A program made the position numbers and the translations under genes. Shown here piece after piece: positions 30,874 to 44,128 of a stretch of 64,000 nt of DNA. The notes beneath the pieces are model-generated. The model did not search any database. It was not told the origin of the DNA and saw only the letters and a program-made list of their open reading frames with translations. The number at the start of each line of letters is the position of its first letter. Within the stretch, counting starts at the first letter, position 1. Where the stretch lies: positions 3,584,001 to 3,648,000 of the forward strand of contig OZ245015.1 in NCBI GenBank assembly GCA_965223705.1, read 5' to 3'. This DNA is from Myxococcota bacterium. Lineage in GTDB: Bacteria > Myxococcota_A > UBA9160 > UBA6930.

Positions 30874-31206
30874 ATGCTGGAAGGCATCTTCGGAAACGCC
30901 AGCGCCGAGAAGATCCTGCTCTATCTCGAGCAGTATGAGGAAGGCTACGCGACAGCGATCGCCCGAACCTTCGATGACCTCTCGCTCAACATGGCGCAGC
31001 GGCAGCTCGAGCGTTTCGAGCGCGCCGGAGCCTTGGTGAGCTCGCTCCAGGGACGCACCCGCCTCTACACCTGGAATCCCCGTTATCCGTTTCGGCGCGA
31101 GCTACGCGCTCTCCTGCGTAAGGCGCTCGACCAGCTACCGGCCTCCGAGCGCAAGCGTTATTTCACTGAGCGCAGACGGCCGCGCAGAACGGGCAAGCCT
31201 CTTTGA
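30874..31206 (+). CDS. Winged-HTH protein, putative antitoxin
   Basis: MLEGIFGN..KILLYL..YATAIAR..QRQLERFE..GRTRLY; overlaps the next gene. Confidence 0.75.
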   Translation: MLEGIFGNASAEKILLYLEQYEEGYATAIARTFDDLSLNMAQRQLERFERAGALVSSLQGRTRLYTWNPRYPFRRELRALLRKALDQLPASERKRYFTERRRPRRTGKPL

Positions 31207-31760
31207 GCAAGAAGCCTCGGATCAGTGCGCGCACCTCTCTCGAGGATCTGGCCGCCCTCGTCTGCTCGACGCTCGAAGCGCACGGCATCTCGGTCGTCCT
31301 CTCCGGCGGCGCGGTCGTCTCGATCTACTCCGACACGGAGTACGTCTCGTATGACCTCGACTTCGTTCCGATCGGGCTCGCCCGCAAGGTCGACGCCGCC
31401 ATGCAGGGCCTCGGCTTCGAGAAGACGCAGCGCCACTGGACGCATCCGAAGAGCCGCTACTGGGTCGAGTTCCCGCCCGGTCCCGTCGCGATCGGAGAGG
31501 AGACCATCCGCGACTTTGCGGAGCGCGAGACACGGATGGGGACGCTGCGACTCCTGGCCCCCACGGAGTGTGTCATGGACCGGCTCGCCTGGTACTTCCA
31601 CGACGCGGACACGCAGTGTCTCGAACAAGCGGTGGAGGTTGCGACGCGACATCGCGTGGATCTGAAGCGCATCGCGCGGTGGGCGCGCAACCAGCGGCCA
31701 CATGGCGAGGCGCGGTTTCGAGAGTTCGAGGGGCGACTGCGGGAGGCTTCCGGCCGGTAG
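31203..31760 (+). CDS. Pol-beta-type nucleotidyltransferase (AbiEii/DUF6036-like), putative toxin
   Basis: VLSGGAVV..YVSYDLDF (GG..DxD). Confidence 0.7.
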   Translation: MSKKPRISARTSLEDLAALVCSTLEAHGISVVLSGGAVVSIYSDTEYVSYDLDFVPIGLARKVDAAMQGLGFEKTQRHWTHPKSRYWVEFPPGPVAIGEETIRDFAERETRMGTLRLLAPTECVMDRLAWYFHDADTQCLEQAVEVATRHRVDLKRIARWARNQRPHGEARFREFEGRLREASGR

Positions 31761-31855
31761 GCCTATCTGAGCCACGGGGAAGAGGGCGAAGGGGCCCCCG
31801 CGATTGCCCCCACCGGAGTCCCCGAGCTTCGGTAGGATGGCCGCCAGGAGGACCC

Positions 31856-32713
31856 ATGCAGAACATCACATGGACCATCGGAGACGTCCGGATCACCCGC
31901 ATCGTGGAGGTGGAGGCCCAGCTTCCCTTCGAGGAGTTCCTGCCCCAGGCGAGCCCCGAGGCGCTCGCGCCCTACGAGGAGTGGTTGCGGCCGCACTTCC
32001 TCAACGACGACGGCACCCTCACGCTCTCGGTCCACGCGCTGCTGGTCGAATCCGCCGGGCGGAAGATCATCGTCGACACCTGCGTGGGCGAGAAACCGAT
32101 CGAGGGCTTCGAGATCCTGAACCCCGCGTCCTACGACTTCCTCGATCGCCTCGCCGCGGCGGGCTTCCCCCGCGAGAGCATCGACACCGTGCTTTGCACC
32201 CACCTGCACTTCGACCACGTCGGGTGGAACACGATGCGCGAGGGCGACGGCTGGGTGCCCACCTTCCCGAACGCCCGCTACCTCTTCGCTCGCGCCGAGT
32301 GGGACCACTGGCACAGCGAAGAGGACGCCCCGTTCACCTCGACCCTTGCCGAAACGGTGACCTGTGTGATCGACGCCGGGCTCGCCGACCTCGTCGAGAC
32401 CGACCACAAGCTCACCGACGAGGTGCGGCTCGAGGCGACTCCGGGCCACACCCCGGGCCACGTCTCGGTGCACATTGAGTCGGGCGGCGAGCACGCTGTG
32501 ATCACCGGCGACATGACGCACCACCCGGTGCAGTGGGCCGAGCCCACCTGGGGCATCTCCGCCGACGTCGACCCGGCGCGCGCCGCCGACACACGACGCC
32601 GTCTCGCCCGCGAGCACGCCGACTCTGGCACGCTCGTGATCGGCACCCACTACCCGACGCCGACGGCGGGCCACCTTCGCACGCGGAACGGGGGTTGTCG
32701 CTTCGAGGTTTAA
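31856..32713 (+). CDS. MBL-fold metallo-hydrolase
   Basis: THLHFDHVGWN, TPGHTPGH, GD, GTH; AGGAGG RBS. Confidence 0.9.
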   Translation: MQNITWTIGDVRITRIVEVEAQLPFEEFLPQASPEALAPYEEWLRPHFLNDDGTLTLSVHALLVESAGRKIIVDTCVGEKPIEGFEILNPASYDFLDRLAAAGFPRESIDTVLCTHLHFDHVGWNTMREGDGWVPTFPNARYLFARAEWDHWHSEEDAPFTSTLAETVTCVIDAGLADLVETDHKLTDEVRLEATPGHTPGHVSVHIESGGEHAVITGDMTHHPVQWAEPTWGISADVDPARAADTRRRLAREHADSGTLVIGTHYPTPTAGHLRTRNGGCRFEV

Positions 32714-32720
32714 GCGTTAG

Positions 32721-32745
32721 CGGTGGAGGCGGCGAGAATCGAACC
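32721..32745 (-). repeat. tmRNA-like 3'-end fragment (att site 2)
   Basis: CGGTGGAGGCGGCGAGAATCGAACC, 2 mismatches to the consensus. Confidence 0.8.
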
Positions 32746-32941
32746 TGGCACCCACCGCCGAGAAGCCCTGTGTTTCTGGCGCGTAGCCGTTTCCAAGTGT
32801 GACCTCGGGCGCTCCGGACGAAGAGGGAAGAGCCAGGTGTCCGACTTTTGGACGTGTCGCGCGGTTGTCAGGCGAAGGCGCGCCTCACTTGCGCACCTGA
32901 AACGCCCACACTTATTGGGCGCCGGCCAGGGATTGGCTGAT

Positions 32942-36058
<3,117 letters not shown>

Positions 36059-36982
36059 CTAGTGGTCATGAGAGGCGCCGGCTTTCTCGATGTCGGCCTT
36101 CACGACAAAGCTGTTCTTCGTCACGTACCGGGTCCCGGGCTCGAGACCTCCAAGCACTTCGACCCACTCCGCGGAACGCCGCCCGAGATCGAGCATGCGA
36201 ACCTCGTATTCCTCCCCCACTTGGGCGTATACGACCGTGAACTCGCGAAACTTCTGAAGGCCTTCCCGCCGCACGGCGAGCGGAACCTCGTGTTCGGCTA
36301 TGGTGATTCGGGCCGTGGCGAAAACCCCCGGAACGAGGACACCGTTCGGGTTATCCAGCACCGCGCGAGCAATGACGGATTGGTCTGGCTGGGCGACGAC
36401 GTCAATAGCCGAGATCGTTCCCGCTGCTCCCTGCCCACCTCCGGTCAGCGTGACCACGACGGGATTTCCGACGTGTACGCGCGCCCGATCTTTCGGGAAC
36501 AGAAAGAGCTCTGCCCACACCGAAGACGTATTCGTCAACGTCATCAGCAAACGATCGCTCGTATGCTCCCCGGGGTTAGCGTCTCGCTGTGTCACGACGC
36601 CGGCTATGGGAGCGACCACGTTGTATCGATTGAGGCTTCGGTCGCTCTCGATCGTCAGGAGTGTGTCGCCCTTCGACACGCGGTCCCCGATCTCAGCGTG
36701 CACAGCCCGAACGACACCCCCGAAGCGCGCGCGCAGTTCCCTGACCTGCTCGCGGTTGGGCACGATTTTCCCGTAGACCTCGACCGCGTCCGGAATGACC
36801 GCTCCACCCGCGATCTCCGTTTCGATACCGAGCGCCTCGGCGACGTCTCGAGCGATTCGCGTTCGGCCTTCGAAGTCTTCGTGCTGACCATGGGCGTGAT
36901 CGTGATCGGCGTGCTCCCCGATCTCTCCGGTTTCACCGCAGGCCATCGCGAGTGCGGCGACGAAACTGATGAACCACCTCAT
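36059..36982 (-). CDS. czcB: CzcB-like RND periplasmic adaptor
   Basis: Lipoprotein-like N-terminus, His-rich, APIAGVV, KADIEKAGASHDH. Confidence 0.88.
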   Translation of the reverse strand: MRWFISFVAALAMACGETGEIGEHADHDHAHGQHEDFEGRTRIARDVAEALGIETEIAGGAVIPDAVEVYGKIVPNREQVRELRARFGGVVRAVHAEIGDRVSKGDTLLTIESDRSLNRYNVVAPIAGVVTQRDANPGEHTSDRLLMTLTNTSSVWAELFLFPKDRARVHVGNPVVVTLTGGGQGAAGTISAIDVVAQPDQSVIARAVLDNPNGVLVPGVFATARITIAEHEVPLAVRREGLQKFREFTVVYAQVGEEYEVRMLDLGRRSAEWVEVLGGLEPGTRYVTKNSFVVKADIEKAGASHDH

Positions 36983-38217
36983 GACGCGGCGACCCCTTGC
37001 CCGGTAAGGCGTTCTAGGGTGATCACGAGTCGATGTGCCGCCGCGCTCGCTGCGATGAGTTCTGTTTCGGCTTCGAGAAGATCGACCCGGACGGCCCGCC
37101 AGTCCGAGTAGCTGTAGCGACCCTGCTCGTAGCCACGGAGGGTTTCGTCCAGTGCGCGAGCGAGCCGCGGAATGACTTCCTCTCGCAGTGTTTCTGCGCG
37201 ATGAATGTGATGCTCGAGCTCTTCGTAGGCTTGAAACAGTGTTGTGCTCGTCTTGACACGCGCGGCTTCTGCTTCAGCCTGGGTTCGTGCGATGGCCGAG
37301 CGCGACGCCGCGATTTCACCCTGGTTCCGATTGAAAACCGGCAATGGAACGCTGACTTCGGCGACGAACGCCACGTCATCGGTGGCCTCGCTACGGCGAA
37401 TCCCGAGCCGCGGCTTGAACTTTGGCCAGCGCTGCGCGTGGGCGAGTTGCAGATTCGCCTTGGCTACGCGCTCTGCTGAGAGCAGGCGCACCACCTGCGG
37501 ACCCCGATCGACCCGCGCCAGAAATGCGTCGAAGGGCTGAGGCGTGGGAACGCGAAGGATGCTCCCATCAGCCCGATCGAACGCGGGCTTCACCTTCCCC
37601 CATTGGGCGGCGAGACGACGACGCGCGATCTCGAGTTCGTGTACGACATCATCTCGAGCCAACTGAACCTTGGCGAGCTCCGCCTCCGCGCGTGCGAGTT
37701 CCGCCCTGGGTGTTCTTCCCGCTCGCACGCGTCGGCGCACCGCGGCGACAGCTTCTTCGGAATAGGTGACTGCTTCCGAAGCCTTTTCGAGATGCTCTTG
37801 CTCCTCGAGATTCGTGATGAACCGCTCTGCCGTTTCCCCGGCCACCTCGAGCCGGAGAATCGTCGCCTCGGAAACGAGGAGCGATGAGCGCGCTTCGGCC
37901 GCTGCGACCCGCTTTCGACGAATCGAGCGCTCGAGTACCCATCCGAGACTGATTGTGGTTTGCGCGCGGTCGAAACCCGAGAACGAGTCGGTCCCGGCGA
38001 AATCTTCGACTTCGAGATTGAGTTCTGGATTGGGAAGCAGCCCGGACTGTGCGACCCGAGCAGACTGTTCTCTCAGGCGATGTTCGAACGCTGCGAGTTC
38101 CGGGTTGTGAGAAACTGCTCGCTCGAGGGCTTCATCCAGTGCAAGGGCGTGTCCTGTCTCAGGGAAAAGCGCTAAGGCGATCGCAACCCAACGGATCGAC
38201 GAAACTTTGGAAAGCAT
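36979..38217 (-). CDS. czcC: CzcC-like TolC outer-membrane factor
   Basis: NPEL, LLPNPEL, VPLPVFNRNQG. Confidence 0.88.
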   Translation of the reverse strand: MLSKVSSIRWVAIALALFPETGHALALDEALERAVSHNPELAAFEHRLREQSARVAQSGLLPNPELNLEVEDFAGTDSFSGFDRAQTTISLGWVLERSIRRKRVAAAEARSSLLVSEATILRLEVAGETAERFITNLEEQEHLEKASEAVTYSEEAVAAVRRRVRAGRTPRAELARAEAELAKVQLARDDVVHELEIARRRLAAQWGKVKPAFDRADGSILRVPTPQPFDAFLARVDRGPQVVRLLSAERVAKANLQLAHAQRWPKFKPRLGIRRSEATDDVAFVAEVSVPLPVFNRNQGEIAASRSAIARTQAEAEAARVKTSTTLFQAYEELEHHIHRAETLREEVIPRLARALDETLRGYEQGRYSYSDWRAVRVDLLEAETELIAASAAAHRLVITLERLTGQGVAAS

Positions 38218-38316
38218 GGTTCATTCCTGGAAGATGCTCGCTGCTGCGAGCGAAAACTCGTAGCTGCGTCTTTACGCGGTGCCGCGCGAAGCACGCGACA
38301 CGCCAGCTCACATCAA

Positions 38317-38742
38317 CTAGGAATTCGGCGGGGCCCTTGGGCCGGAGACCGCACCGCGGTCGGTACTACGGAGAGACGGCCCCACGGCGGGGATCCATGA
38401 CGGGGATGTCTTTGAGAGACTGGGCTCGACGGAGACCGAATACGCCGGAGCGAAGTCAGTTATCGGGCTCTTTGCAATCGCGAGCGTGAGCGGAGAGTCC
38501 GGGTGCATATGGTCGTGACCATGCTTCGCGGCACATCGCTCTCGATCGTGTAGCTCTAGCTCGTGAAAACTCTCGTGTGCGTGGTGTAGATGGTGGAGCG
38601 CGTGACTGACATCCCAGAAGCCGGACATCATCCATGCGACAACCAGAAGGAAAGCCGAGCCCCGCCGCCGAGGTTCACGCTCCAACCCTCGTCGGTGTCG
38701 CGTCACTTCCATTGCTTCACTTACTCTAGTCGGCCTCCGCAA
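38317..38742 (-). CDS. His-rich small protein upstream of czcC (CzcI/DUF2946-like)
   Basis: TM segment, HALHHLHHAH..HGHDHMH, C-terminal RAPP. Confidence 0.6.
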   Translation of the reverse strand: MRRPTRVSEAMEVTRHRRGLEREPRRRGSAFLLVVAWMMSGFWDVSHALHHLHHAHESFHELELHDRERCAAKHGHDHMHPDSPLTLAIAKSPITDFAPAYSVSVEPSLSKTSPSWIPAVGPSLRSTDRGAVSGPRAPPNS

Positions 38743-39247
38743 CTCCTACCAATGAGCCGCCGCGCGAGGATCTCGTCAGGCTATCGACCCGAGGAGCAGT
38801 CCGCTTGAGGCCGTTCCAAGGAGTCCTTGTGCTGGTGTGGACTGTCATCGCATGGACTGGATGGCCGAGCGGTGGTTACCGCCCGGAGCAAACACCCCCG
38901 ACGGAGTTTTCCCTTTCGCATCCACTCGAGTTGGCCAGACACTTACCGAGGCAGAATGGAATGTGTTCATTTCCGTTCCGTCTCTGAGGTCGCGCATCCT
39001 GCTGCCTCCACCGGGATCAACCGGCCTGCGCATCCGCAGCCATCCTTTCGCTCCAGGAAAAATAGAGGGAAGTCACCTGTGTACCGGACTTCATCTGGAG
39101 CCTTCTGCCGCATCAGGCAGCTTCGTCGGGGCTCTGAACCCGCTGATGGGACTATTGCGTCGATCAGGGTGTCGAGCGAAGAGGAAACACATTTGTGAGT
39201 CCCGGCGCTCTTCGAGTTCGGAAGCCTCAAAAACTCCGGACAGTTAG

Positions 39248-39272
39248 TGGTGGAGGCGGCGGGAATCGAACC
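39248..39272 (-). repeat. tmRNA-like 3'-end fragment (att site 3)
   Basis: TGGTGGAGGCGGCGGGAATCGAACC. Confidence 0.88.
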
Positions 39273-39398
39273 TGTCGCAAGGCGGGCAAGAAGCCAACGA
39301 AATCGGGCACTTCCAAGTCCGGATCGGCGCTCGGATTGGGCGCTGGAGAGGACGACGAAGTGCCACCCGGGCGATGCCAGCGTACCCGGTCTTCTGTA

Positions 39399-39420
39399 GT
39401 ATTACTTCCCGAGGTAATAC
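39399..39420. promoter_or_regulatory. Inverted-repeat operator of vapBC
   Basis: GTATTACTTC-CC-GAGGTAATAC immediately before the antitoxin ATG. Confidence 0.7.
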
Positions 39421-39421
39421 C

Positions 39422-39652
39422 ATGAAGATCACCACCAAGGGACAGGTGACCATCCCCGTCGAGATCCGCGAGAAGCTCGGACTGCTGCCCAACACCGAGG
39501 TCGAGTTCGAGATCGTCGGCAAGGCCGTCCGGATGCGGAAGGTCCGGCGTGCGGGGCGCCGCGGGAAATCCATCGTCGAGCGACTGCGTGGCCGCGGATC
39601 CGTTCGCATGAGCACGGACGAGATCCTGGCGCTGACCCGGGGCGATCGCTGA
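39422..39652 (+). CDS. vapB: AbrB/MazE-type antitoxin
   Basis: MKITTKGQVTIPVEIREKLGL. Confidence 0.9.
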   Translation: MKITTKGQVTIPVEIREKLGLLPNTEVEFEIVGKAVRMRKVRRAGRRGKSIVERLRGRGSVRMSTDEILALTRGDR

Positions 39653-40050
39653 CCGTCCTCGTCGACAGCAACGTCCTGCTCGACATCATGACCGAGGATC
39701 CGGAATGGTCCTCCTGGTCCGGGGAGACCCTCGCCGAGTGCGCGGAGAGCTCGTCGCTCGCGATCAATCCGCTCATCTATGCCGAGGTGTCGATCCGGTT
39801 CGAGCGGATCGAGGAGCTCCAGGACGCCCTTTCCGAGGACGACTTCCTCCGACTCCCCCTGCCCTGGGAGGCCGCCTTCCTGGCCGGGAAGTGCTTCGTA
39901 CGATATCGGCGTCGACGCGGCCCGCGGAGATCTCCCCTGCCCGACTTCTACATCGGCGCCCACGCGGCCGTCGCAGGACTGACCCTGGTTACCCGGGATG
40001 CGACGCGTTACCGCACGTACTTCCCCGGACTCGAGATCATCGCTCCTTAG
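39649..40050 (+). CDS. vapC: PIN-domain toxin, CTG start overlapping the antitoxin stop
   Basis: LTVLVDSNVLLD..YAEVS..LPDFYIGAHA..LVTRD. Confidence 0.9.
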   Translation: MTVLVDSNVLLDIMTEDPEWSSWSGETLAECAESSSLAINPLIYAEVSIRFERIEELQDALSEDDFLRLPLPWEAAFLAGKCFVRYRRRRGPRRSPLPDFYIGAHAAVAGLTLVTRDATRYRTYFPGLEIIAP

Positions 40051-40395
40051 GGAGCTGAGGCCGAATGCCTCCTGAACTGGCGAAGACGAAGTCCGCATAC
40101 AATGCGGGGGCCTCCCGGCGCGGTGTGAGCGGCAGCCGGGTTATGCGCGAGGCCCTGGAGAACTTGGAGCCAAAGCGGAGGGCGGCTTGGAAGAAGCCCT
40201 AAGCAGTACGACCAATGCGAATCGAGCAGGAGTTTCCTGCTTTCCGCAGAAACCTTCGAAACAACGTCGGGTTAGGGGCCAAGGAGCGCTTGCGTTGCGC
40301 ACCTGGAAGGCCTGCACTTCCACGCCGCGGGTTCGATTAGCACAGAGTACAGACCCTTTTCGGGTCCAAAGACCCCATTTATTCCAGATAGTTAG

Positions 40396-40422
40396 TGGTG
40401 GAGGCGGCGGGAATCGAACCCG
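40396..40422 (-). repeat. tmRNA-like 3'-end fragment (att site 4)
   Basis: TGGTGGAGGCGGCGGGAATCGAACCCG. Confidence 0.88.
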
Positions 40423-40579
40423 GCTCCGGGCCGCCTAACGCCTCGAAAGACAACGAGACCGACGAGTGAACGCTTGTCGCCAGGTTGTCGCCGAAGCGTG
40501 CCTGGCCGCGTCCCTGGGGGCCAAAAAGAGAGCAGGCATTCGACCGAGCGCATCCACGGGGTGAGCCAAGGGGACCTGC

Positions 40580-40846
40580 TCAACGGTCGTTGGGCGGATT
40601 TCCACCGGACAGGCGCGTACGCGCGAGCTCCACCTGAACCTCGAGGAGCTCCTCGGTGGGAATCACTGCATGGACGATGTTCTGGAGCTGCACACGAGCA
40701 TATGAAGCTTCGCGAGTATCGGCGTGTGAAGCGACGAGCTCCGCGTAGAGCCGGAGCGCCAGTGCCAGGTCACGTTCCCGATAGTGCGATGCATACGCCG
40801 TGGCGTACTGGCGAGCCGCTTCCGCAGGGCGCAGGTCGTCACTCAT
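40580..40846 (-). CDS. Small TPR-like hypothetical protein
   Basis: QYATAYASHY..ALRLYAELVASHADTREASYA. Confidence 0.55.
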   Translation of the reverse strand: MSDDLRPAEAARQYATAYASHYRERDLALALRLYAELVASHADTREASYARVQLQNIVHAVIPTEELLEVQVELARTRLSGGNPPNDR

Positions 40847-40903
40847 CCCGGTTGCGCTTCGCTGTGTGGCCGGACGGAGTCGAGCGACCGGCGTCGCGGT
40901 TTC

Positions 40904-41305
40904 TCACGACGGGGCACGGGAGCGAAGGAACGCCAGGTACTTGAGGAGTTCTTCCTCCTCCTCCGCGGTCAGATCGTCGATCGCGAACACCGCGAGCCGC
41001 CGGCGGCGGCGGCCTCCCCCCTCTTGGGGCGGCAGCAGGTAGCCAGCCTTCTCCATCAGCGTCTCGTAGGACACGGCGTAGACCCCGGACAGGCTGTGGA
41101 GGACGTGGGGTGAGGGCTTCTGGATCTTCCCGTTCTCGAGCTGGCTCAGGTAGGCGTTCGAGACCGCCTTGTCCGTGGCTTCCTCGACGTCGCGGAGCGA
41201 GAGCCCCTTGGCCCTGCGCAGATCCGCCAAGAGCACTCCGAGCTCGCTCGGTTGCCCAACGAACTCGGAACGTCTGCGCCGCGAACGCTTTCTGCCCTCT
41301 GTCAC
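40904..41305 (-). CDS. XRE family HTH regulator
   Basis: LRRAKGLSLRDVE..VSNAYLSQLENG..PSP; start position is approximate. Confidence 0.88.
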   Translation of the reverse strand: MTEGRKRSRRRRSEFVGQPSELGVLLADLRRAKGLSLRDVEEATDKAVSNAYLSQLENGKIQKPSPHVLHSLSGVYAVSYETLMEKAGYLLPPQEGGGRRRRRLAVFAIDDLTAEEEEELLKYLAFLRSRAPS

Positions 41306-41358
41306 GAGTCCCAAGATCGCCTCACCTGCTTGGTCAGGCAAGCAGTTTGCTCGACCGC

Positions 41359-41386
41359 TTGACATGTTTAGCGAATTCAGTACAAT
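41359..41386 (+). promoter_or_regulatory. Sigma70-type promoter
   Basis: TTGACA-16 bp-TACAAT, divergent from the XRE gene. Confidence 0.65.
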
Positions 41387-41434
41387 TAGCAAGCCATACA
41401 ACCTACTCTGGCGATGAAGCCATCAGGGGGGACC

Positions 41435-41998
41435 ATGCAAGGAACCGAAGAGCGGAACGGGTCGGACGAGGCCACGGGGCTCGTCAGCTGCTTCTGGTGC
41501 GAGCAACTGCACCAGGGGGAACATCCGCTTTCCGTCTGCTCTACGTGCCGGACCAGGCTCGCGACGCTGGGATCGCTCGGCATGAGCGGATCGTACCCCC
41601 TGAACGACGAGGCGATCGACGCGGCCCTGACCCAGAAGTCCCCGGGCAACTACGCCCTCGGGTACCTGGATGACGATGCGTTCGTGGTGTTCTACGTCGG
41701 GCGCTCGGCATCGGACGTGAGACGGCGCCTCCACGAATGGGTCGGAATGCCGAGCCGGTTCGAGAGATACGCTCCCCAGGCGAAAACGTCGTGGGACGTA
41801 CGCCGCCGCGGGAGCGCTCCCATCACCACCCCGGCGCTCGGGACCGTGACGAACGCCGACACCGGCTACACGCGTTTCGCCTTCAGCTACGCGGCTTCCG
41901 CCGAGGCCGCGTTCGAGAGGGAGTGTCGCAACTACGACGATTTCGGCGGCAGCCGGGCGCTCGACAACGAGGCGCCTCCGACTCCTGCTCACCTCTAG
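41435..41998 (+). CDS. GIY-YIG-like protein with N-terminal Cys pairs
   Basis: CFWC..CSTC; PGNYALG..FYVGRS..VRRRL..AFERE..LDN. Confidence 0.6.
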   Translation: MQGTEERNGSDEATGLVSCFWCEQLHQGEHPLSVCSTCRTRLATLGSLGMSGSYPLNDEAIDAALTQKSPGNYALGYLDDDAFVVFYVGRSASDVRRRLHEWVGMPSRFERYAPQAKTSWDVRRRGSAPITTPALGTVTNADTGYTRFAFSYAASAEAAFERECRNYDDFGGSRALDNEAPPTPAHL

Positions 41999-42063
41999 AG
42001 AAGCCAGCTGCCCACCATCACGCAATCCACTGGAGCCCGAAGGCGGCGCTGCCGAAGGCCCGC

Positions 42064-42657
42064 ATGAGCTCGTACCTGTCCCTGTCCGGCTTGGACTCCG
42101 CGTTCCTTTCGTTGGAGACGCGGACTACGCCGATGAACATCCTGGGGACGTTTGTGCTCGATGCCTCCTGCACGAGCGGGTACTCGTACGAGCGATTGCT
42201 GGAGCGCGTCGAGACCCGTCCGCCCACGCTGGCCCCCCTCCGACGCCGGATGATTCGCATGCCGCTCCGTCTCGACCATTCGATCCGGATCGACGATCCC
42301 GAGTTCGACGTTCGACGCCACGTCCAGAGACTGCGTGCCCCCGCTCCGGGCTCGGACCGCGTCCTCGCTGATCTGGTGGCCCGGGTCGCCTCGCAGCGCC
42401 TCGATCGAGCTCGTCCCCTCTGGCAGCTGTGGGAGATCGGAGGTTTGACCGAGGCTCGGGGCGCCCTCGTCTTCAAGCTTCACCACGCGGTGGGGCAGCA
42501 GCACGCTCGCCTGGGCGTCGCGGCTCTCGGAGAGTGGGCCGAGTTCACGTCCAGCGGGTTCCTCGGAAGCGCCGCGCGCTTATCGCCACGCAGGACTTCC
42601 CGGCCCTGCGATAGCCGCGCTCGATTGGGAATGCAACCGCGGGTTCGTGAAGCGTGA
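42064..42657 (+). pseudogene. WS/DGAT acyltransferase with internal deletion
   Basis: LSGLDSAFL..LDRARPLW..KLHHAV then jumps to a C-terminal-like WAEF segment; HHxxxDG is incomplete. Confidence 0.7.
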
Positions 42658-42868
42658 CGCCGGGTGCGTTGCCGTCGACGTACCCGCGAACGGCTACCTC
42701 GCGTCTTCGGGACGCGGCTGGGAATGCGATCGTGGCTTCAAGAAGACGGACGATGCGTGCATGGCCCTCGAGCCGCCGGCCAATGCGCATATCACCCATT
42801 CGGGAAACGGGTGGCCCGGCTACCGGCAGGAGGGAGACGTGTGCAACAAGAACGCCCGACGGAGGTAG
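42622..42868 (+). pseudogene. Fragment of a Cys-rich repeat protein
   Basis: Repeats WECNRGF..C..VPANGY..GRGWECDRGF..C..PANAH..GNGW. Confidence 0.55.
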
Positions 42869-42873
42869 CTGCG

Positions 42874-43347
42874 ATGTCGGATTTCTCCTTTCTGGCCCCG
42901 GCACCGGGCAAGGTCCGGATCTTCGTGAGCTACGACTGCGAGCACGACGAGGACCTGATGGATCGACTCGTCGAAGAGGTATCGGAGTCGACCTCCGGAC
43001 TCGAGATCTCGGGCCGATCGACGATGCCGCATCGAACCGCGCACCTCACGGATCTCTGGGATGAAGGGCTGCGACGCTCGATCCGGAAGGTGGACCAGGT
43101 CGTCGTCCTCTGCGGCGAGCACACCGAGCTCTCGAGCTGCGTGGCGGCCGAGCTTCGCATCGCCCAGGAGGAGGAGCGGCCCTACGTGCTCCTCTGGGGC
43201 CGGCGCGAGCCCATGTGCACGAGGCCCTCGACCGCGAAGCCCGGGGACGGCATGTACAGCTGGACCCCCGAGATCCTCCAGAGCCAGATCCTCATGCACC
43301 GCCGCGCCGCCGCGGGGCCGAAGAAGCGCGACGGCAAGAACGCGTGA
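42874..43347 (+). CDS. TIR domain protein (MTH538/DUF1863, ThsB-like)
   Basis: RIFVSYD..D, IRKVDQVVVLCGEHT..SCVAAEL (catalytic Glu), YSWT; GGAGG RBS. Confidence 0.82.
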   Translation: MSDFSFLAPAPGKVRIFVSYDCEHDEDLMDRLVEEVSESTSGLEISGRSTMPHRTAHLTDLWDEGLRRSIRKVDQVVVLCGEHTELSSCVAAELRIAQEEERPYVLLWGRREPMCTRPSTAKPGDGMYSWTPEILQSQILMHRRAAAGPKKRDGKNA

Positions 43348-44078
43348 TGATCGAGTCCATTCTCCTCAGCACGGTGCCGATCGCGACGTACACCGGCCGC
43401 CAGCCTCTGACCAACGCCACCGGCTTCTTCTTCGAGCGCGACACAAGGACGTTCCTGGTCACGAGCCGCCACGTCGTCGTGGATGCAGCGAGCAGCCACT
43501 ACCCGGACCGGCTGGAGATCGAGATTCACACCGACCTCGAGAACGTCGCCAAGACGACGGGCTTCTCCATCCCCCTCTACCGCGACCGCCGGAGCCTCTG
43601 GCGTCAGGCCCGGGATGGGGCGGGCGGAGTCGACGTGGCAACGATCGAGATCGATCGATCCGCGCTGCCCGAGACGGCCGCGTTCCGGTCCTTCACGCCG
43701 GACCACCTGCTCCCGGGGGACGAGCGCGTCGAGATCGGGACTCCGGTCCTGATCCTGGGCTTTCCACTCGGCTTCCACGACGCCCTCCACCGCATCCCGG
43801 TGGCGCGCCAGGCGATCGTTGCGTCGTCGTTCGGCCTGCGCTTCCAGGGCGAGGGGTACTTCCTGACCGATGCGCGGACCCATCGCGGCAGCAGTGGCTC
43901 GCCGGTGGTGATGCGTACGGCGCAGCCCCAAGTGGACGACCCCGCCCTTCCCTGGAGGCTCCTCGGCGTGCATTCCGCGCGGCTCGATGTGGGCGGACGG
44001 GAATTGAACGAGGACGAGGCGCTTGGGTTGAACTGTGCGTGGTACGCGGACATCCTGTTGACCCTGACCGAAGATTGA
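43347..44078 (+). CDS. Trypsin-like serine protease without signal peptide
   Basis: ATGFF, VTSRHV (His), VDVA (Asp), GSSGSPV (Ser); TGATG coupling to the TIR gene. Confidence 0.85.
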   Translation: MIESILLSTVPIATYTGRQPLTNATGFFFERDTRTFLVTSRHVVVDAASSHYPDRLEIEIHTDLENVAKTTGFSIPLYRDRRSLWRQARDGAGGVDVATIEIDRSALPETAAFRSFTPDHLLPGDERVEIGTPVLILGFPLGFHDALHRIPVARQAIVASSFGLRFQGEGYFLTDARTHRGSSGSPVVMRTAQPQVDDPALPWRLLGVHSARLDVGGRELNEDEALGLNCAWYADILLTLTED

Positions 44079-44128
44079 GCCCTGAAGCCCGTGAGGATCG
44101 GCCGGGCGGGTCCCCTACTCTTCCGACC

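Noticed and set aside
38805..39247. Possible recombinase remnant next to att 3
   Set aside because: No catalytic motif is recognisable; left unannotated.
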